Source: a virus (Duplodnaviria; Caudoviricetes). From it: DNA of 26,929 bases. Every line of letters begins with the position of its first letter. The first letter of the stretch is position 1. The translations under genes were made by a program, and so were the position numbers. Location of the stretch: IMG/VR virus record IMGVR_UViG_3300049015_000081, positions 1-26,929 of that record; one strand, 5' to 3'. Shown here one piece after another: positions 1 through 8,988 of this stretch. The notes under the pieces are model-generated. The model searched no databases and was not told the origin of the DNA. It saw only the letters and a program-made list of their open reading frames with translations.

Positions 1-187
1 TGCCTTCTGACTGGCCGAACGTGGATTTGCCGTAGGCGAGCAAGACGGCGCCGCGGGGATGGTTGAGCCGGTATTGCAACGGATTTTCGGGGAACAGCTC
101 GATCATCAGTTCGCTGCCGAGGTCGGCTTGTAGCCGGGCGAGCATGGCGTCGAGCATTTGCTCGGTTTGGGTTTTGGCCGGCGTCAT
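1..187 (-). CDS. Gp37-family tail completion protein, N-terminal part (runs off window)
   Basis: Manual translation MTPAKTQTEQMLDAMLARLQADLGSELMIELFPENPLQYRLNHPRGAVLLAYGKS...; TAATG overlap with the gp36 stop; synteny. Confidence 0.7.
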   Translation of the reverse strand, partial: MTPAKTQTEQMLDAMLARLQADLGSELMIELFPENPLQYRLNHPRGAVLLAYGKSTFGQSEG

Positions 188-618
188 TAATAGTGGTCCC
201 ACTGTTGGGCGCCGAACTGTTGAGGGCGAGCGCGCACGCGGATCTCGCCCGGCTCTGGCACGGGCTGGCCGGTGGGCGTGCCAAGGGTGATGACGCCGTC
301 GCGGATGTTTTCCAACAGTGTGAGGGTGTCTTTGCGGCTGTCTTTGACGGCGTCAGGCAAGGCGCCTTCGGGGCGGCGTTGGTAGAGCCAGTGCCGGGCC
401 AGGTAGACCACGGCATCGCGCAGGATGGTGGGCACCGGGTCGAGCGGCAGTTGATAGCGGCCGCGCAGGTAGCCGTCGACCAGTTCCTCGGCCTGGCGCA
501 CGCCGTCATCGATAACGCTTTCGTTGGGCGCGGTAGCGGCCGGGTCGTCGTTGGAGAGCTGGGTGAGCGTCATCAGCGGAATGGCGTTGCCGAGGTCGGC
601 GCGGGTGCAGTAGCGCAT
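187..618 (-). CDS. Mu gp36-like (DUF1320) head-tail adaptor
   Basis: MRYCTRADL, DGYLRGRYQLPL, LARHWLYQRR motifs; follows capsid gene. Confidence 0.88.
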   Translation of the reverse strand: MRYCTRADLGNAIPLMTLTQLSNDDPAATAPNESVIDDGVRQAEELVDGYLRGRYQLPLDPVPTILRDAVVYLARHWLYQRRPEGALPDAVKDSRKDTLTLLENIRDGVITLGTPTGQPVPEPGEIRVRARPQQFGAQQWDHY

Positions 619-621
619 GGC

Positions 622-1587
622 TTAGCCCGCCTTCAGTTCGACGAGGGCTTCGGGAAACAAGCACATGGCCAAGGGGTTGGCTTGGGCTTCCAGGTCCCAG
701 CCTTTGCCCATCTTGCGCGGCTCGGCTTTGCTGTAGAAGGCCTGGCCCAAGGTGTTGACGGTCTCGTTGTAGTTGGCCGGGGCGTTGAACAGACGGAACA
801 CACCGCGGGCCACGGGAAAGACCTGGGCGATGTCGGCCGGGATGAAGCGTTGGCCGCTGACGGTGACGTCGTATTCGATGTATTCGATGCCGCCGAAGGT
901 GAAGCCCGAGCGCATGTCCCCGCCGAGGCGATCTTGGGCGAAGGCTTCTTTGACCTTGGCATGGTCGGTGAACGCGTCGAACCAATCCGGCCCGCAGACA
1001 GCGCGAAAACCGGTGACCATAACGCCGCCGAGTTTGGATTCGGCGTGGCGCTTGGCGTCCAGGCAAACTTTGCGCACGTTGGTGTCTGGGTTGCTGAGGG
1101 CGACGGTGACCTTCTTTTGTTTGACGTCGAATTCTTCAAACAGGTTGAAGAGCAGCGAGCCGTCGGCGTCCAGCAGTTGGCCGCGCAGTGCGCCGACGCG
1201 TTGGAATTCACGGGTGGCTTCGATGCTGTTTTTGAGTTCTTGCAGGTGGTCGTTGACGACAGTGACGACGGGCGCGGTGGCGCTTTCTTGGCCGAAGGCG
1301 GCGATGCCTTGTAGCTGGCTGGGCAGGATGGAACTGCTGACCGGCAGGTGCAGGGTTTCGAAGGTGCGGCGTTTGCGTTTGCGGCCTTCGAGCGGCGCCG
1401 GGTCGTCGTTGCGTGAGGTGTTGGGCACGAGCACCAAGCGGCCTTCGCGTTCGTCGATGATGACGCTGGTGCTGGTGACGCCTTTCTCGTCGAACAGGCC
1501 CATGGCGCCGACTTTGCCGGGAATGGCCGGAAGTTTGTTCACGGCGGCGGTGAGGTTGGCGACGCTGAACAGGTCTGGCAGGTTCAT
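622..1587 (-). CDS. Major capsid protein, lambda gpE-like family
   Basis: 321 aa; LFSVANLTAAVNKLP, TREFQRVGALRG, GFTFGGIEYIEY, FNAPANYNETVNT, AQANPLAMC resemble Phage_cap_E proteins. Confidence 0.82.
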   Translation of the reverse strand: MNLPDLFSVANLTAAVNKLPAIPGKVGAMGLFDEKGVTSTSVIIDEREGRLVLVPNTSRNDDPAPLEGRKRKRRTFETLHLPVSSSILPSQLQGIAAFGQESATAPVVTVVNDHLQELKNSIEATREFQRVGALRGQLLDADGSLLFNLFEEFDVKQKKVTVALSNPDTNVRKVCLDAKRHAESKLGGVMVTGFRAVCGPDWFDAFTDHAKVKEAFAQDRLGGDMRSGFTFGGIEYIEYDVTVSGQRFIPADIAQVFPVARGVFRLFNAPANYNETVNTLGQAFYSKAEPRKMGKGWDLEAQANPLAMCLFPEALVELKAG

Positions 1588-1599
1588 GGCGGGCTCCGG

Positions 1600-1968
1600 T
1601 TAGAGGGTTGCGCGGGCGACGATGCCCAGGGCGTTGAGTTCGTCGAGGGCGGCGGCTTGCTGGGCGGGTGTGATGCCGGTGAGCCAAACCAGGTGACCCA
1701 TGGCGAGGACGGCGCCGCGGGCGATGACCACGCCGGGTTGGTCGCCAGCCGTGGCGTCTACGCGCTCGGCCAGCACGGCGGCGGCTTTTTTGGCGGTGCC
1801 GTTGCCGGCGGGATCGAGGGCTTGGTATTTGCCGCCGACTTTGGCGAGCACTTGACCGAGTGGGTAGTCGGTGCCGGCGAGCAAGGTGACGTTGCTTTTG
1901 GTCCAGCCGGGGCTGACTTGAAGCAGCAGTAAGTCGCCCAGGTCTTTGGGTTGGTTGAAGGTGGCCAT
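1600..1968 (-). CDS. Head decoration protein (lambda gpD/HDPD-like), 122 aa
   Basis: C-terminal part of track ORF 1600..2832; ATG at 1968 (MATFNQPKDLGDLL...GQVLAK...ALDELNALGIVAR); lies between protease and capsid. Confidence 0.82.
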   Translation of the reverse strand: MATFNQPKDLGDLLLLQVSPGWTKSNVTLLAGTDYPLGQVLAKVGGKYQALDPAGNGTAKKAAAVLAERVDATAGDQPGVVIARGAVLAMGHLVWLTGITPAQQAAALDELNALGIVARATL

Positions 1969-1976
1969 GGGGATTC

Positions 1977-2801
1977 CTAGCGCTGGGCGCGGGCTGCGGC
2001 ATCGGCGAGTAAAGGATTGGTGGGTGCGGCATCGGGCTGGCCGGTTCGGGCCTTGGTGGCGACTTCGGTGAAGCTGACGGGGTTGGTCAGGTCTTTGAAG
2101 AGGCCCTTGAGGCCTGCGCTTAGGGGCTGGCGCTGGTCGCCTTCGCCGAATTCCAACGGGGTGGCGGCGGATTGCACGGCGTCGAGGGCGGCTATGACGA
2201 CGGGGGCGTGCAGCGGCTTCATGCCGGCGGCGACCAGTTGTTCGGCGTAGGCGACGCTGGTGCTGTGCAGGTTTTTTTGAGCAGCGTTGTCGCGTTGGGT
2301 GAGTTCGGCTTTTAGGCGTTTGTTTTCTGCTTCTAATGCAGCGGTGCAGAACGTGCGCTGTAGGCCGCCTTCGCTGAACTCGATGACGCCGGGTTCGCCT
2401 TCGGCCAGTTCGATGGGACGCAGGCCTTTGACGGCTGGCGGCTGGGCGCCGAGGAAGCCGACGTGGCGCAGGTAGTAGACGCCGGGCACGGGGTTGTTGG
2501 TTGCGGTTGGGTGGTAGAAGGACGCGGAGATTTTCTTGTAGCTGCCCTTGGCGATCTGCTCGGCGAAGGCGGCGTCGATCTGTTGTGGTTCGGCGATAAG
2601 GCCTTGGGGGGTGGCGGATAGGGATTTGACCCAGCCGGCGGCTGGGGCGTCGTGTTGGGGGTGGCCGATGACTAGCGGGGCTTCGTGGAGCGATGGGTCG
2701 TAGGCGGCGACGGTGGCGGTTAGGTCGGCTTCGGTGAAGTTGTAGGTGGTGCCGCATTGGGCGGTGTGGGTGCCGGGTTTGAAGATATGGAGTGGGGTCA
2801 T
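1977..2801 (-). CDS. Mu I-like prohead protease/scaffold, apparently internally shortened
   Basis: APLVIGHP, YKKISASFY, YYLRHVGFLGAQPPAVKGL; C-terminal coiled-coil scaffold-like region. Confidence 0.85.
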   Translation of the reverse strand: MTPLHIFKPGTHTAQCGTTYNFTEADLTATVAAYDPSLHEAPLVIGHPQHDAPAAGWVKSLSATPQGLIAEPQQIDAAFAEQIAKGSYKKISASFYHPTATNNPVPGVYYLRHVGFLGAQPPAVKGLRPIELAEGEPGVIEFSEGGLQRTFCTAALEAENKRLKAELTQRDNAAQKNLHSTSVAYAEQLVAAGMKPLHAPVVIAALDAVQSAATPLEFGEGDQRQPLSAGLKGLFKDLTNPVSFTEVATKARTGQPDAAPTNPLLADAAARAQR

Positions 2802-2832
2802 GGGGCTGCGCTGCGATAGGGATGTTGCACAC

Positions 2833-2875
2833 AGTTTCAGGTGGAGGATGTAGTTGAGCTTTTAATGAGGGTTAG
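2833..2875 (-). promoter_or_regulatory. Putative Mor/C-type activator-dependent late promoter of head operon
   Basis: Minus strand CTAACCCTCATTAAAAG-N20-GAAACT; same motif and spacing upstream of the endolysin gene. Confidence 0.6.
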
Positions 2876-3267
2876 AGCATTGATGGGGCAGTGGCTGGCG
2901 AGGCGTTGGGCTGGCGCAAAACGTCGCTGATGAAAGTAGAAGGGGTGAGCGAAAAAGTTAGATTATGAGAACGATTGTGTTCGGTCGAGAGTGACGATGT
3001 CGGTTGCCGGCGCGAAACATAGGTAGGAGGCTTTATAAATTGTTTACGTTGAGTTTTGTGCCTTGCCATGAACCGATATGGGTGCAGGCGAGCCTCGCTC
3101 AGCTAGGACGCTCTGAGAGCTTTCGGCTAGGTTAAGAATTTTGCCCGATCGTCATTCCATCGACCGTCCTCATTTTAGCCACTAGACACCTGCATCAATT
3201 CCGGGGTAGCTTTTTGCTATAGGTGGCCGTGCGCCATCACTTGAAGGCAGCCTCAGAGGGAATTGAC

Positions 3268-4929
3268 GTGCTTGTAGAAACCCTGCGCTTAATCAACTTT
3301 AAAAAATTCAAAGCTCAAACGTTTGACTTCAATGATGATGTAAACATATTTGTTGGGGGCAACAACGCCGGAAAAAGCACGATCTTAGAAGCACTGGAAA
3401 TCGTGTTGAATTTTCAGTACCGAGGTCGGGGATTTATCAATGAATTGTCGCCTGACCTTTTCAACAGTGAGGCCGTAGCAGCATTTATGGCCTCCCCAAG
3501 AAGCATCGACGATCTTCCAGAGCTGGTGATCGAGGCCTATATTAAGGGCGTGCCGGACTATAAGGGCACCAACAACAGCCTCGCGAAGGATGCACAGGGT
3601 GTCATGGTCAAGGCGGCCTTCGACCCAGAGTTCGCGGATGCCTACCGGGACTACCTTGCCTCTGGAGCGGTTATCACAAGTATCCCCGTAGAGTTCTATA
3701 AAGTCGATTGGATGGATTTTGCTTGGAACGTTATCAAGTCGATGACCAAGCAATTCCGTGCTCTGTACATCGACCCTACGCGCATCCACCCAACATTCGG
3801 GAAAAATCAGTACATATCCAACGTACTTGGCACCGCGCTTAAAAAAGACGAAGAATACCGGCTTAATCTGAATTACCGAGAAACATTGCAATCCTTCAAT
3901 GAAAGCCAAGAGGTAAAGGCAGTAAACAAAGATCTGGACATAGATAATAAAATCACAGAAAAAAATCTATCAATCGCAGCCAGCACGATGCCTGCGGGTG
4001 CGATTCAAAACGGCTTGCAACTTGAGGTTGATGATGTGCCGTTCCACATGATTGGTAAAGGTGAGCAGAGTAAGATTCAAATTAAGCTTGCGCTGCATAA
4101 CAAATCCAAGGACATTGATTTGATAATGATGGAGGAACCAGAAAACCATCTGTCCCATGTTGAACTCAACATACTTGTGAATGACATCGAGTCGCAGCGA
4201 GAGGGAAAGCAACTTTTCATCACGACACACAGTTCCTACGTACTGAATAAACTGAGTATCGACAAAATTTGCCTGCTTCATGACAATTACCAACGACTTA
4301 ATCAATTAGATAAGGGCGTCGTGCAAATGCTAAAGCGCCTTCCAGGCTATGACACGCTACGCGTAGCTCTTTCTAAGAAGGTAGTGCTGGTGGAAGGCCC
4401 CTCTGATGAACTGGTTCTCAAGAAGATCTATCGCATCAAGCATCATGGCCGTCTACCTGAGCAAGACGGGATCGATATCATCGTGGTTCGCGGAGTAGGC
4501 TTTAAAACGTTCATCGAAATCGGAAAAGATATCGGCACCGCCGTCAATGTGCTGCGTGACAATGACGGTGATTACCAAACAAATGTCGTGGAAGCTCGAA
4601 AAGAGTACATCAAGCACCCGAATATCAAGCTTATATCATCTGAGTGTGATGAAGACTTTTCTCTGGAGCCTGCGATGATTTCCGCCAATGCGGGAAGCGA
4701 AAAAGAGTTGGTGTCCTTCGCGGAAATCGTGCTGTCAACGCAGACTTGCAATCTTCTCAAAAAGCAAGCATCGCTCGCTGATAAGCGGAATTTTATTGTG
4801 ACTTGGTTCAAAAGTGAGTCTGGAGATGGTAAGGGCAAGAAGAAAGTAGACTCGGCTATTAAGTTGTTCGATACCGCCGAGCCGTTCAAGTATCCGGCAT
4901 TCTTGGATGAGGTGCTTTCTTTTGCCTAA
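3268..4929 (+). CDS. gajA: OLD-family ABC-ATPase + TOPRIM nuclease (Gabija GajA-like)
   Basis: Walker A GGNNAGKST, Walker B/D-loop MMEEPENHL, ITTHS, TOPRIM LVEGPSD and RDNDGD; GTG start 3268 after GAGGG; overlaps UvrD-like gene. Confidence 0.85.
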   Translation: MLVETLRLINFKKFKAQTFDFNDDVNIFVGGNNAGKSTILEALEIVLNFQYRGRGFINELSPDLFNSEAVAAFMASPRSIDDLPELVIEAYIKGVPDYKGTNNSLAKDAQGVMVKAAFDPEFADAYRDYLASGAVITSIPVEFYKVDWMDFAWNVIKSMTKQFRALYIDPTRIHPTFGKNQYISNVLGTALKKDEEYRLNLNYRETLQSFNESQEVKAVNKDLDIDNKITEKNLSIAASTMPAGAIQNGLQLEVDDVPFHMIGKGEQSKIQIKLALHNKSKDIDLIMMEEPENHLSHVELNILVNDIESQREGKQLFITTHSSYVLNKLSIDKICLLHDNYQRLNQLDKGVVQMLKRLPGYDTLRVALSKKVVLVEGPSDELVLKKIYRIKHHGRLPEQDGIDIIVVRGVGFKTFIEIGKDIGTAVNVLRDNDGDYQTNVVEARKEYIKHPNIKLISSECDEDFSLEPAMISANAGSEKELVSFAEIVLSTQTCNLLKKQASLADKRNFIVTWFKSESGDGKGKKKVDSAIKLFDTAEPFKYPAFLDEVLSFA

Positions 4930-6079
4930 TGTCCTTTGCATAGCTGGCGCAGGCTCCGGGAAGACCCATAAGGTTATAACCGAATCGATCGCTGAAATTG
5001 AGCGTGGCGGAAAGGTGCTCGTGGTGACCTACACCACCAGTAATCAGCAGGAACTGAGGGCTAGATTCATCCAGCTATTCGGAAGAAGCAGCGATAAATT
5101 TGTAGTCAAAGGACTTTTCAGTTTTTATCTAGAAGACATGATCAGGCCATATCAACGAGCCATTTTTGAGAAGCGTATTGAAGGCATTTTTTTCAACGAC
5201 AGCAACCCTCACCTCAATCCGAAGACCAGACGAGCGCTCCCTGGGCGACAGGAACAATTGGCTGACAAAAGCTTTAACCCGAAGCATTACCTCAGCCCGT
5301 GTAAGACGAAGGCGCATACAGGTTTTCTCGCGAAACTTGCGACCCGCATTGCTACGAAAACCAAAAATGCCCCAGCGATTCGGCTCGGCGAACTCTACAC
5401 TCGGGTGTACTTTGATGAGGTACAGGATCTTGTAGGCTGGGATTACTCGGTGCTGAAAAATTTAAGCAAGGTGATGAAATCCACAATCACCTGCGTGGGG
5501 GATTTCAGACAGACAGTGTATGAAACCTCCTTTGGGCACAAAACTCCTGAGACAGCAGAACAGAAGATCGCTGAATTTAGGGCGATGGGGTTTTTGGAGG
5601 AACCGCTGGCGTTGAATAGACGCTGTATTCAGACAATTTGCGACATAGCCGACACAGTTCATCAAGGGGCCTATGAGGCGACCAAGTCAGCTGTTGACCA
5701 AGTGCCCGATGGTCTCAGCCACCATCTTGGCGCCTTCATTGTTAAGCAATCTGACGTTACTGATTATATTTCTGCGTTTGATCCTATGGTGCTCCGCTGG
5801 AACGTTAAATCGGGGACGAAAATTCTTCCTAGTACTGCTCGTTGCTACAACTTCGGGAGCAGTAAGGGGCTGGGTTTTGATCGAGTACTAATTTTGCCAG
5901 CAGAGAGTCAGATAAGCTTTGTACTGGGGAACATGGATCTATTTGCTGAAGGCTCGGAGACCGCTCAAAACAAGATGTACGTTGCGATAACTCGAGCCCG
6001 ATACAGCCTCGGTTTTATCGTGCCAGATAAGCAGGTCGAGGGGTTGCGATTCCCTCTATGGACGAAACCGGTAAATTGA
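4922..6079 (+). CDS. gajB: Compact UvrD/SF1 helicase-like protein (Gabija GajB-like)
   Basis: AGAGSGKT, FDEVQD, VGDFRQTVY, NRRC, SKGLGFDRV, YVAITRAR; likely TTG start at 4922 after GAGGTG, overlapping the gajA stop. Confidence 0.85.
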   Translation: MPNVLCIAGAGSGKTHKVITESIAEIERGGKVLVVTYTTSNQQELRARFIQLFGRSSDKFVVKGLFSFYLEDMIRPYQRAIFEKRIEGIFFNDSNPHLNPKTRRALPGRQEQLADKSFNPKHYLSPCKTKAHTGFLAKLATRIATKTKNAPAIRLGELYTRVYFDEVQDLVGWDYSVLKNLSKVMKSTITCVGDFRQTVYETSFGHKTPETAEQKIAEFRAMGFLEEPLALNRRCIQTICDIADTVHQGAYEATKSAVDQVPDGLSHHLGAFIVKQSDVTDYISAFDPMVLRWNVKSGTKILPSTARCYNFGSSKGLGFDRVLILPAESQISFVLGNMDLFAEGSETAQNKMYVAITRARYSLGFIVPDKQVEGLRFPLWTKPVN

Positions 6080-6295
6080 TATGCAAGATAGACGAATATT
6101 ATAATCATTTAAAAGACAGCTTCGCTGAAATTGCTCTTGAAATCATCGAAGCGTCTGCGTATAGATGCTCTAATATTTACGGACAAAGCGAGTGTTGACG
6201 CAATGTCGGAAGCATTAGGAACCTCGCTTATTAATTGCCACCTATCACAATACGAGGTGGCGTGGCTTTATCTTTGATCTTGATGGGAAAATAGC

Positions 6296-7234
6296 ATGTC
6301 AAAAATGCAACCATATTATGTTTTTAAAGCCGAAGTCGTAAGGATAAACGAACTTTATTGGTCGTCGGCCTTAGCGTACGATCACACAGCGTCAATTTTG
6401 ACCATGCTTTCAGACACTGGGCAGTATTCCGGTGACCCAAGTGTAGATAAGCTATGGGGGTCAAAAAATTACGGAATGCAGCGAGCTGCGACCATCCCTC
6501 TTAGTGAATATCTGAAAACCTTAAACAAGAACTACTCATCAATACGAACGGTCGCTATTCTGCATATTTGCTCCGCCTTCGAAAATGCACTCTGTGGTTA
6601 CTATGCTCTGTGCTGTTTGTATGACGGAAACAAACAAAACTCAAATTATACAGGGGCTAACATTCCCGGCCTTTTGTCTAATGTCGCCGGTTTTGAATCT
6701 CGTCGCGACGAAATAAATAAGCTTTATATAAATCATAAAGCCAAGCCGGTCTTGCGTGGAGTATATACTCAAAGGCTGAATGCAATTTCTGATACTTGGG
6801 GCTTTCCACGTATCACGACTGTGCATGTAACCCGCTTGAATGGCTATTACAAGAAGCGCCATCTGATAGCTCATGATCAGGGGCTTGGCGCAGCTGATTC
6901 GCCTGAGAAAAGTGGTACTGAAATTCTTGCTGGTGCCATAAGCGTTACGGAGGCTGAGTGGAAGACCATGATTGGCGACTTCTTGACAGTGCTAGAAAAG
7001 CTCGATGAGCTCGTTGCTTCTCACGTAGCCCTAGACAAGGGTGTTGCTTTAGCTATTTATCGCACAATTCACCGAGATGGCAAAATGAAAATTAAAGAGT
7101 TGAAACAGAAACTTCGCGATGAGTGGAGGCTACCATCGGTCAAAGCGATTCAGATTAGGAAGGTCGCTGCGGCACTGGGCCTCAAAACAATACCAATCGA
7201 CTCATCTTACGATTTAATAATTTCGGCTACGTAA
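6296..7234 (+). CDS. Putative HEPN-domain RNase with possible C-terminal helix-turn-helix
   Basis: 312 aa; ILHICSAFE helix and RHLIAH (R-X4-H) motif; basic helical C-terminus. Confidence 0.6.
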   Translation: MSKMQPYYVFKAEVVRINELYWSSALAYDHTASILTMLSDTGQYSGDPSVDKLWGSKNYGMQRAATIPLSEYLKTLNKNYSSIRTVAILHICSAFENALCGYYALCCLYDGNKQNSNYTGANIPGLLSNVAGFESRRDEINKLYINHKAKPVLRGVYTQRLNAISDTWGFPRITTVHVTRLNGYYKKRHLIAHDQGLGAADSPEKSGTEILAGAISVTEAEWKTMIGDFLTVLEKLDELVASHVALDKGVALAIYRTIHRDGKMKIKELKQKLRDEWRLPSVKAIQIRKVAAALGLKTIPIDSSYDLIISAT

Positions 7235-7251
7235 AATTAGCCTTTCCTTGC

Positions 7252-7279
7252 TTGACATTATTTTGCCATCGACTACCGT
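7252..7279 (+). promoter_or_regulatory. Putative sigma70 promoter for lipoprotein gene
   Basis: TTGACA (7252-7257), 16 bp spacer, TACCGT (7274-7279). Confidence 0.45.
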
Positions 7280-7321
7280 CTCTTTAGATTGTTGTCACTC
7301 AACTCTCGCAAGGAAAGCCTA

Positions 7322-7861
7322 ATGAAAAAAATCTCACTTCTGCTCGCCCTGATATCGTTGGTTGGTTGCACCAACTTTACTTCGCCCGCACGAAAGAGTA
7401 CGGTAGATATAAATCAAGGAGTTTGGTTTGATTATGACGGAAGTCGGCGAGGTGCGATACTCATACCATCAACTTCCAAAGTCAGAACTTGTTCGGAGCC
7501 TTCACCAGATGTAGCGCTCAACCTGGTTTCAAAATTAAGCGGGACCATTAAGAAACCGGAGGCAGGTGAGATAACTGGGAATTCTGAATTTAACTCCTCA
7601 GTAGTGAAGCTGGCCGAGCGAACACAAATGGTTATGTTTCTGAGGGAGTCTTTGTATCGACTATGCGAGCAATCATTAGCTCGTGATTATACAAATGCAG
7701 AAGTGCTCGAAGCTTATAATAAAACCATAGATACTGCTGTGAAGATCATTGAGCTCGATAGAGTAAAAGCAGATACTGAAAAGGCGAAAGCCCAAGCAGT
7801 GACCCAAGCAATTCAACAGGGGGTGCCAACAGAAGTTTTGCAGAACTTAATTCTTCAATAA
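7322..7861 (+). CDS. Lipoprotein of unknown function
   Basis: MKKISLLLALISLVG-C lipobox; AAGGAA RBS; CSEPSPD and LYRLCE cysteine motifs. Confidence 0.8.
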   Translation: MKKISLLLALISLVGCTNFTSPARKSTVDINQGVWFDYDGSRRGAILIPSTSKVRTCSEPSPDVALNLVSKLSGTIKKPEAGEITGNSEFNSSVVKLAERTQMVMFLRESLYRLCEQSLARDYTNAEVLEAYNKTIDTAVKIIELDRVKADTEKAKAQAVTQAIQQGVPTEVLQNLILQ

Positions 7862-7973
7862 TGAAACAACCACCTTCGCAGCTAACAATATTTTCATATC
7901 AAACAAAAGCAATAGCGACCGGGCTGAAAAAGCAAATACCAAAACCATAGCATTTACATACATAGCTCATGAG

Positions 7974-8015
7974 TCACGCCAAATATTTTTGCAGATATTT
8001 GGCGTGATCTTTTTT
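7974..8015 (+). terminator. Intrinsic terminator closing the plus-strand cargo genes
   Basis: Perfect 13-bp inverted repeat TCACGCCAAATAT (7974-7986)/ATATTTGGCGTGA (7995-8007) followed by TCTTTTTT. Confidence 0.7.
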
Positions 8016-8322
8016 AATGATGCAAAATTTACAAGGATATGTAGGTCTCGCCTTGCCTGGAATATGTGCGAACCATTTAAGTGGTGAAAATATTAGCTTT
8101 CCGAGTATTTGAAGCGGAATGCAACACAGATGGGGTGGATTGTTTTTTCTCAGTTTAAAAGCTTGCCTCGCAGTGATGTTCATAACTTTTGCTACGTGTG
8201 AGGAAGCCTAATGGACCCTACCCCTTTTTTTGATCATATCCAGCCAAAGAAAATACATCAGGCTTTGAGGCTGCTGAAGCGACTCTCGAAAAGTCGCTCT
8301 AGCGGTCACGTCGAATTTAATC

Positions 8323-8988
8323 CTATTTGAAAGCAGATTTTGCTTCACTTGGATGAATGTAAACACTCTGCAAGAGATTCTCTACCACATCCATTGCGAG
8401 AGACAGCTGTTTGTCACTGCTTGGCTTAGCCTCATGGGCCGACTCATTACCCATCGAGCGAAGTTTGTGCAAGATGTCGGCGCCAGCATGAGTGAGTACA
8501 CCTTTCGTCTTGAGGTCATCAATTTTTGGTAACAATGATTTACCAGCAGCATTCTGATCTCTGCATATAACTTCAATGAGAACCCTTACTCCAAGTCCTG
8601 CAAGGATCGGTTGGCCACCATTGACTGCGCTAATGACTTCTTCATAAGTAGCACGAACATCGGGCGGCAAATGCCAATGATTGTCTATTTTGAACCGGCC
8701 AGCGGTGCGATTGGGATAAAGCGAAACGTCATAATGGCTGGTATATTCTTCTGTTTCAGAGTCGTAGTAGTAATCCTCGCTATTAGATGACTCTTTCCTG
8801 AATGAAATGGTGTCGCAGTTCATGCAACGAATTATTTCGAACTCTGTACGGCCGGTAAAGTCATCACTTTTCCACTGGGCACGGGTGGAGGTTTCAACAA
8901 TGTGTCGCTGTGCGATTTGACAGCTCTCACACACCGCTGTGTGGATACGTCCTTTCGTCTTATCGTTTTCATATAAGAAGCCCGACAT
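8323..8988 (-). CDS. Zn-ribbon + DUF4145 (HEPN-like) protein
   Basis: CESC...CMNC; LPPDVRATYEE, RVLIEVIC, LRSMGNESAH motifs. Confidence 0.8.
   Translation of the reverse strand: MSGFLYENDKTKGRIHTAVCESCQIAQRHIVETSTRAQWKSDDFTGRTEFEIIRCMNCDTISFRKESSNSEDYYYDSETEEYTSHYDVSLYPNRTAGRFKIDNHWHLPPDVRATYEEVISAVNGGQPILAGLGVRVLIEVICRDQNAAGKSLLPKIDDLKTKGVLTHAGADILHKLRSMGNESAHEAKPSSDKQLSLAMDVVENLLQSVYIHPSEAKSAFK

Noticed and set aside
193-1603. Long plus-strand ORFs opposite the capsid and gp36 genes
   Set aside because: Antisense shadows of well-supported high-GC genes
1600-2832. 410-aa ORF, or a frameshift fusion of protease and decoration protein
   Set aside because: Only the last 122 aa look like protein; the upstream part is R/P/H-rich off-frame sequence, open because the C/A-rich strand has few stops; no slippery site identified
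7861-8220. 29-aa ORF at 7861 (TAATG overlap) and 69-aa ORF 7974..8183
   Set aside because: No motifs; the second runs through the terminator hairpin; probably non-coding or decayed
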